NCBI GenBank assembly: GCA_013001815.1
Contig: JABDLV010000091.1
Coordinates: 1-50,423, forward strand
Length of the DNA stretch: 50,423 nt
DNA from: Bacteroidia bacterium
GTDB taxonomy: Bacteria > Bacteroidota > Bacteroidia > AKYH767-A > OLB10
Direction of reading: 5' to 3'
Part shown: piece after piece, positions 45,322-50,423 of the stretch
Layout: every line of letters starts with the position of its first letter
Position numbering within the stretch: the stretch's first letter is position 1
The notes under the pieces: generated by a model
The model's database searches: none
Told to the model about the DNA's origin: nothing
What the model saw: the letters and a program-made list of their open reading frames with translations, nothing else
Translations under genes and position numbers: made by a program

Positions 45322-46597
45322 TCAATTTTCTTTTTTTGAGCATCCAGTAATTTATTGCAAAGAAGCCAATGCCAACTGATAAAAATAAGATTCCTCTTAT
45401 AACAAAACTTAAATCTGTGTCAAAGAATCTGCAAATGACCAGAGCTGTAATAATTAGCAGTCCAGAGTTCAAAATCCCTAAGCTGTCTTGCTTGGCACCA
45501 TCTCTTATTGTTAGAATACCAATTGCAAAAACAAGAATGTTAATAAGCACAACTGAAAATGATGATGACAGCCCAATAATGAAGGTTATTATGAAAAGAA
45601 TAAAAACAGGCATAATTGGTTTCATGTCATTCAGTGATTTGTTTTTCAGTTGCAGAACAAGCAGCCCGCCTGCGAGTAATGATAATATTGCAGATGCAAA
45701 AAATTCAGGTGATGCAATTACGTCATTGAATAAAAAACCTTCTCCTCTTAATACCTCCCAAAACCAATCGAAACTTAATGCCAGGAGCAATCCAATGGTA
45801 CCAAGGAAGCCTAAAATTTTATACCCATTGTTTCTTGGTTTTTGCTTTGTAAAAAAATCTAATTCTCCTATTAAATAGATTAACCCCAAAAAGCTGATAT
45901 ATGCAACGAACATAAGTTCGCTTGTGCTCTTTGCAACAGTTCCCAGAATAGCTGTCACTGAAAGTGGAATTAACCAATTGTGGAAAATCATAAAATTAGA
46001 TTCGGGCTTTTTCTTATACAAAGTGTAATAATGAGGAATGATAGCCAGTAGAAGTAACCAATAGTAATATGATTCGGAAGAAGGGTATGACCAATAGCCT
46101 GTCTCAGCAGCATACTGCGTAATTCCAATTAGATAAAGCAATGAAGCAATGGAAGATTTCATTACATATATCAAAGGGAGACAAAGCAGCATCCATGTCA
46201 AGAGGAATGTGCTCAAGTTTCCCGGAATATTGTATATCTGACTAACAAGTGATATGCTTGCTCCAACTGCGAAAAACAAAAAAGCTGTTGCACTTTCTCT
46301 CCATGCAACACTATCTTGTTTTTTAATTAATACGAATGCGCAAAGTACTTGTCCAACAAGCAGAGGAAGGAAAGCAAAGAGTGTTTTTGTGGTTCGTGAA
46401 AGTTCGTCCCAGTTGTGCGCGATTATTAAGATTATTCCAAGCCCAACTAAGATTGCTCCTAAAATTCCAAAAACAATAAACAGTCTATTTGTTGACTGTC
46501 CTCCTTTTTCCTGATAATAAGTTCGAATTTTGTCTGCAGTTTCTTGTGAAATGACGCCAGCATTGACAAGTTCGGGAATGTCTTTTATCATGTTCAT
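45314..46597 (-). CDS. DUF2157 + DUF4401-like polytopic membrane protein
   Basis: LVNAGVISQETADKIRTYY and IIAHNWDEL form the DUF2157-type N-terminus, followed by about 10 more TM helices. The start was moved to ATG 46597 (MNMIKD) to avoid a 38-nt overlap. Confidence 0.65.
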   Translation of the reverse strand: MNMIKDIPELVNAGVISQETADKIRTYYQEKGGQSTNRLFIVFGILGAILVGLGIILIIAHNWDELSRTTKTLFAFLPLLVGQVLCAFVLIKKQDSVAWRESATAFLFFAVGASISLVSQIYNIPGNLSTFLLTWMLLCLPLIYVMKSSIASLLYLIGITQYAAETGYWSYPSSESYYYWLLLLAIIPHYYTLYKKKPESNFMIFHNWLIPLSVTAILGTVAKSTSELMFVAYISFLGLIYLIGELDFFTKQKPRNNGYKILGFLGTIGLLLALSFDWFWEVLRGEGFLFNDVIASPEFFASAILSLLAGGLLVLQLKNKSLNDMKPIMPVFILFIITFIIGLSSSFSVVLINILVFAIGILTIRDGAKQDSLGILNSGLLIITALVICRFFDTDLSFVIRGILFLSVGIGFFAINYWMLKKRKLND

Positions 46598-46607
46598 TGT
46601 TTTGTTT

Positions 46608-47111
46608 TTAATTTGGGTTTCTGTTTCCAAATAATTTCGCAACAAAAGAATAATTAGTAATTAATAAATATCCTACAATTAAGTTCAAACTACAAATTGC
46701 CCATTGAAAGTATTCAGGTTTTTGATAAGATTCTCCGGATACAGTTCCCTTAAATGCAAAGAAAATATGATTTAAGAAGGGTGAGATATTCTCAATGATT
46801 AAAAACCCACCTATAATGAAGGTTGCAAATTTGACAATATCAGATGAACTGAGATTTCCAAAATCAATTCTATCATCATCAAATCCTTTGTCAAGTTTCA
46901 AGAGATTTACAACACTTCCAGATTTGAATATAAGTAATACAAAAAGCCCAACTAATATAACAATCACAAGTGTCAACCAAACTATAGAATATGCATCAAT
47001 ATGCATAAACATATAAGAAATGCTGCTTGGAATTGTGGTAAACACAGATGTAACAATAGATAATAATCCAAAAATTCGAATAGCTGCTATAAAAAAATCT
47101 CGTTTGGTCAT
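46608..47111 (-). CDS. Hypothetical 4-TM membrane protein
   Basis: Four hydrophobic helices and no recognised motif. It ends 10 nt upstream of the DUF2157 gene. Confidence 0.5.
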   Translation of the reverse strand: MTKRDFFIAAIRIFGLLSIVTSVFTTIPSSISYMFMHIDAYSIVWLTLVIVILVGLFVLLIFKSGSVVNLLKLDKGFDDDRIDFGNLSSSDIVKFATFIIGGFLIIENISPFLNHIFFAFKGTVSGESYQKPEYFQWAICSLNLIVGYLLITNYSFVAKLFGNRNPN

Positions 47112-47181
47112 TTATCTGTTATCTAATGTGTGGTAATTTTTCGCGCTTGCACTAAGATATAAATAACTAGAAACAATGCAT

Positions 47182-48594
47182 TTAATCGTCAACCCTGAAC
47201 TTGGGATACATCAGGTTTTGTTTGCTGAGTATTTTGTTGAGTTCTTCTTCGGTTAGAAGTTTCTTTTCAAGTATCAGCTCTTTAATTGTTTTACCACTTG
47301 CAATTGCCTCTTTACCTATTTCATCACCCATGTCATGTCCTATGTAAGGGTTAAGGTAAGTGATGAGTCCAATAGAATTCATCACCATCTGTTCGGTTAC
47401 TTCTCGGTTGGCTGACATACCGGAGATGCATTTATCTGCGAGGGATTCAGTTGCATTCGTAAGAAGAATCATCGACTCGAACAAACATTGAGCAATCACC
47501 GGTTCCATTACATTGAGTTGTAATTGTCCTCCTTCTGCAGCAAAACTAATGGTTACATCATTGCCTATTACTTTAAAGCAAACCTGGTTCACTACTTCTG
47601 GTATTACGGGGTTCACCTTTGCCGGCATAATGGAAGAACCTGCTTGCAGTTCGGGAAGGTTGATTTCGTTTAATCCGCAGCGTGGACCGGAAGAGAGCAA
47701 TCTCAGGTCATTGCAGATTTTTGAAAGTTTAACTGCTGTGCGTTTTAATGCTCCGGAAATCATTACATAAGCACCGCAATCTGAAGTAGCCTCAATAAGA
47801 TCTGGTGAACTTATAAATTCGTTGCCGGTTAGTTTTGATAAATTTTGGACTGCCAAATCTTTAAATCCTACTTTACTATTTAAACCTGTTCCGATGGCAG
47901 TAGCTCCAAGGTTTACTTCCAGAATAAGATCTCTGCTTCTTTGCAGGTTCTTAATTTCTTCACGTAAATTATTCGCCCATCCTGTTATTTCAACTCCCAT
48001 AGACATAGGCACTGCATCTTGCAGTTGGGTGCGGCCCATTTTTAGAATGTCTTTAAATTCACTGCCTTTCTTATCCAGTGCTGCAATTAAATGCTCAATG
48101 TTTGAAACAAAATTATTCATGTATTCATGAATAGCCACCCTGAATGCGGTTGGATAAGCATCATTGGTTGATTGGCATTTGTTTACATGATCATTCGGAT
48201 GTAGTGTATCGTAATCTCCTTTTATAAAACCATGTAATTCTAAAGCTACATTGCAAATCACTTCGTTTGCGTTCATATTCACGGAAGTACCTGCTCCTCC
48301 CTGAAAAACATCCGTAGGGAAATACGCTATGTATTCATCCAAATGGTTTAAGATATGGTCACAGGCTTTCACAATCATTTGTGCTTTTTCCTTTGGGATT
48401 GCATCAATGGTTTCGTTGGCCATTGCACATGCCTTTTTGGTAATTAACAAACCGCGAATAAAAATAGGAAAGTCACTTATTTTATTGTCTGAGATCCGAA
48501 AGTTTTGCAGTGCTCTTTCTGTATGGATACCATAAAATAGATCTTCATTGATTTCCAACGAACCCAATAAATCTGTCTCTGTTCTTTTTGTCAT
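47182..48594 (-). CDS. aspA: Aspartate ammonia-lyase
   Basis: The N-terminus aligns by eye with E. coli AspA (DLLG..., YG.HT.RA..NF.IS.NKISD.P.F.RG). Also present are [29 protein letters not shown] and the signature [11 protein letters not shown]. Confidence 0.88.
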   Translation of the reverse strand: MTKRTETDLLGSLEINEDLFYGIHTERALQNFRISDNKISDFPIFIRGLLITKKACAMANETIDAIPKEKAQMIVKACDHILNHLDEYIAYFPTDVFQGGAGTSVNMNANEVICNVALELHGFIKGDYDTLHPNDHVNKCQSTNDAYPTAFRVAIHEYMNNFVSNIEHLIAALDKKGSEFKDILKMGRTQLQDAVPMSMGVEITGWANNLREEIKNLQRSRDLILEVNLGATAIGTGLNSKVGFKDLAVQNLSKLTGNEFISSPDLIEATSDCGAYVMISGALKRTAVKLSKICNDLRLLSSGPRCGLNEINLPELQAGSSIMPAKVNPVIPEVVNQVCFKVIGNDVTISFAAEGGQLQLNVMEPVIAQCLFESMILLTNATESLADKCISGMSANREVTEQMVMNSIGLITYLNPYIGHDMGDEIGKEAIASGKTIKELILEKKLLTEEELNKILSKQNLMYPKFRVDD

Positions 48595-48612
48595 TTGATT
48601 TTATAAATAATT

Positions 48613-49005
48613 CTATGCATTTTTTATTTTCAAGCATCCCCAAACAAACACCAACCATGCAGCAACAAAAACTAAACCACCAACCGGTGTTACAAACCCA
48701 AATGCTCTAGGCAATTCTATTCCGGTTACACCTTTAGTGCTAAGAATATAAATACTTCCGCTAAATAATAATATGCCAATGAAAAAAAGAAGGTTAGCCA
48801 ACAAGAATTGCTTTTGTTTAAAATGCATGTACAAAAGACAAGTAATTAAAATGGCAAAGGCATGGTAAAATTGGTATCGAACCCCGGTTAAATAGGAATT
48901 TAATTGAACGGGATCTAAATCATTTCGCAAGCCGTGTGCACCCATGGCACCCAATATTACTCCTAGTCCGGCAAGTATTCCGGCAATTACTAAATATTTC
49001 TTCAT
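48613..49005 (-). CDS. DUF423 (YgdD-like) membrane protein
   Basis: A 130-aa, 4-TM protein. GAMGAHGL and YQFYHA are typical of DUF423. Confidence 0.8.
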   Translation of the reverse strand: MKKYLVIAGILAGLGVILGAMGAHGLRNDLDPVQLNSYLTGVRYQFYHAFAILITCLLYMHFKQKQFLLANLLFFIGILLFSGSIYILSTKGVTGIELPRAFGFVTPVGGLVFVAAWLVFVWGCLKIKNA

Positions 49006-49108
49006 GCAGCTAAAATACCGATTAATAGCTGAAAACTTTTTAAATTTTTGAGGTAAAACAGAATGCAGCTTATGCTATTCTCATAAATTTGTATTTCAAA
49101 TTAGATTC

Positions 49109-50423
49109 ATGCAAAAAATTTTAATTCTTGGTGCAGGTAGATCCGCCAGTTCACTTATAAAGTATGCAATAGAAAATGCAAGTGCATTGCAATGGGAATT
49201 GAGTATAGGCGATTATTCTCTGGAATTAGCTCAGGAAAAAGCAAAAGGACATTCTCATATTCGGGCATTTCAGTTTGATGTGAATGATGAGGTACATTGT
49301 GAACGTGAAGTAGGAAATGCAGACATGGTTATTTCTATGTTGCCGGCCCGATTTCATAACTTAATAGCTAAACACTGTGTTATTCTTAAAAAGAATATGG
49401 TTACTGCATCCTATGTTTCTAAAGAAATGCAAGCCATGCATGATGATGCGAAAAGTGCCGGAATTATTTTGTTGAATGAAGTAGGAGTAGACCCGGGAAT
49501 AGATCACATGAGTGCAAAAAAGGTACTGGATGAACTCGCACGCAAAGGAGCAAAGTTAAATGTCTTTAGATCCTTTACCGGTGGTTTAATTGCTCCGGAG
49601 TATGCCACTAATCCATGGAAATATCGTTTTACCTGGAATCCACGCAACGTAATACTTGCAGGTCAGGGTACCGCACGCTTTATTGAAGACAATAAATTAA
49701 AATACATTCCATATAAAAGAGTGTTTAAACAGTTTAGAAATGTGCATGTAGATGGTGTGGGAGATTTTGATGGATACGCGAATAGAGATTCCATTCAATA
49801 CAGAACCATATATGGGTTAAGAAACATCCCAACCATGGTTAGAGGTACGCTACGTTACCCCGGTTATTGTGAAGCATGGTCTGTATTTGTAACCTTAGGT
49901 TTAACAGATGATTCCTTTCAAATAAAAAATTCAGAACACTTAACATATGCAGAATTAGTGGAAAGTTTTTTACCGCGCGTCTCCAGTAAAGATTCACTAA
50001 TTGTTCGACTGGCAAATTTATGTGGCTTAGATCCAAATGGTGAATCAATGAGGAAAGTAGAATGGACAGGTATTCTAAGTGATGAAAAAATTGGCTTAGC
50101 AAATGCAACACCAGCACAAGTGCTGCAGCACTTACTTATGCAAAAATGGACATTGCAGCCGGATGATAAGGACATGATTGTAATGCAACATGAATTTATT
50201 TATGAATTAGACAATACCATCAAGCAATTGAATTCTGCATTAGTGGTAAAAGGGGATGATTCTACGTATACCGCAATGGCAAAAACAGTTGGGTATCCTG
50301 TGGCTATTTGTGCAAAACTGATTTCGCAGGGAAAATACAATGCAAAGGGAGTGCAGATTCCATTGGACGCAGAATTGTATAATCCGGTATTGGATGAATT
50401 AGAAACCTTGGGAATAAAATTTA
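49109..50423 (+). CDS. Saccharopine dehydrogenase-family protein (3' end runs off the window; not in the ORF track)
   Basis: I translated from ATG 49109 to the window end with no stop. Features are the Rossmann N-terminus MQKILILGAGRSASSLIKY, EVGVDPGIDHM and FTGGLIAPE. The listed antisense ORFs at 49839-50175 are therefore spurious. Confidence 0.85.
   Translation, partial: MQKILILGAGRSASSLIKYAIENASALQWELSIGDYSLELAQEKAKGHSHIRAFQFDVNDEVHCEREVGNADMVISMLPARFHNLIAKHCVILKKNMVTASYVSKEMQAMHDDAKSAGIILLNEVGVDPGIDHMSAKKVLDELARKGAKLNVFRSFTGGLIAPEYATNPWKYRFTWNPRNVILAGQGTARFIEDNKLKYIPYKRVFKQFRNVHVDGVGDFDGYANRDSIQYRTIYGLRNIPTMVRGTLRYPGYCEAWSVFVTLGLTDDSFQIKNSEHLTYAELVESFLPRVSSKDSLIVRLANLCGLDPNGESMRKVEWTGILSDEKIGLANATPAQVLQHLLMQKWTLQPDDKDMIVMQHEFIYELDNTIKQLNSALVVKGDDSTYTAMAKTVGYPVAICAKLISQGKYNAKGVQIPLDAELYNPVLDELETLGIKF

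Noticed and set aside
45369-46514. Plus-strand ORFs of 169 aa (45369-45878) and 86 aa (46254-46514) opposite the DUF2157/DUF4401 gene.
   Set aside because: They are the mirror image of a hydrophobic membrane-protein gene. They show no start context or family motifs, and the minus-strand gene has family-specific motifs.
48873-48885. T-loop-like GGTATCGAACCCC string, which might suggest a tRNA.
   Set aside because: It lies inside the DUF423 coding frame, and no acceptor or anticodon stems can be drawn around it. No tRNA-like cloverleaf was seen in any intergenic spacer.
49839-50175. Minus-strand ORFs of 92 and 85 aa near the right edge.
   Set aside because: The plus strand is one continuous saccharopine-dehydrogenase-family reading frame from 49109 to the window end. 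I translated it by hand and found no stops.

Overview
AT-rich (mid-30s % GC by eye) chromosomal segment with Bacteroidota hallmarks: a subtilase with a T9SS C-terminal sorting domain, Omp28-like lipoproteins, TTG-N19/20-TAnnTTTG promoters, and tight gene packing without obvious Shine-Dalgarno sites. I count about 50 protein-coding genes. By eye there is no rRNA, tRNA, CRISPR array, transposase, integrase or phage gene. Recognisable housekeeping genes are an IcmF-like mutase fragment, murQ, a fused 2-oxoacid dehydrogenase E1, ettA, hisS, hutH, rsmE, pckA, katG, a SulP transporter, aspA and a saccharopine dehydrogenase (open at the 3' window edge and missing from the ORF track). The standout region is 19.2-32.9 kb, a surface-glycan assembly and modification locus. 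It holds two tandem MBOAT + periplasmic AlgX/DltD-like O-acyl-transfer modules whose partner proteins look circularly permuted relative to each other. It also holds a Wzm/Wzt ABC exporter, a sulfotransferase-like::GT2 fusion, a double-GT2 protein, GT2 and GT4 genes that can only start at TTG, and an O-antigen-ligase-family membrane protein. A divergent promoter region in this locus carries a perfect 12-bp palindrome. Three other modules deserve a second look. First, tandem Omp28-like thioredoxin-fold lipoprotein paralogs, only one of which keeps the CxxC motif. Second, a membrane-protein + small winged-helix regulator operon whose predicted promoter is covered by two adjacent palindromes. Third, an uncharacterised membrane module (4-TM protein, DUF2157/DUF4401, GDYXXLXY, membrane-anchored MBL hydrolase). 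All family assignments come from motif recognition by eye and need HMM or BLAST confirmation.
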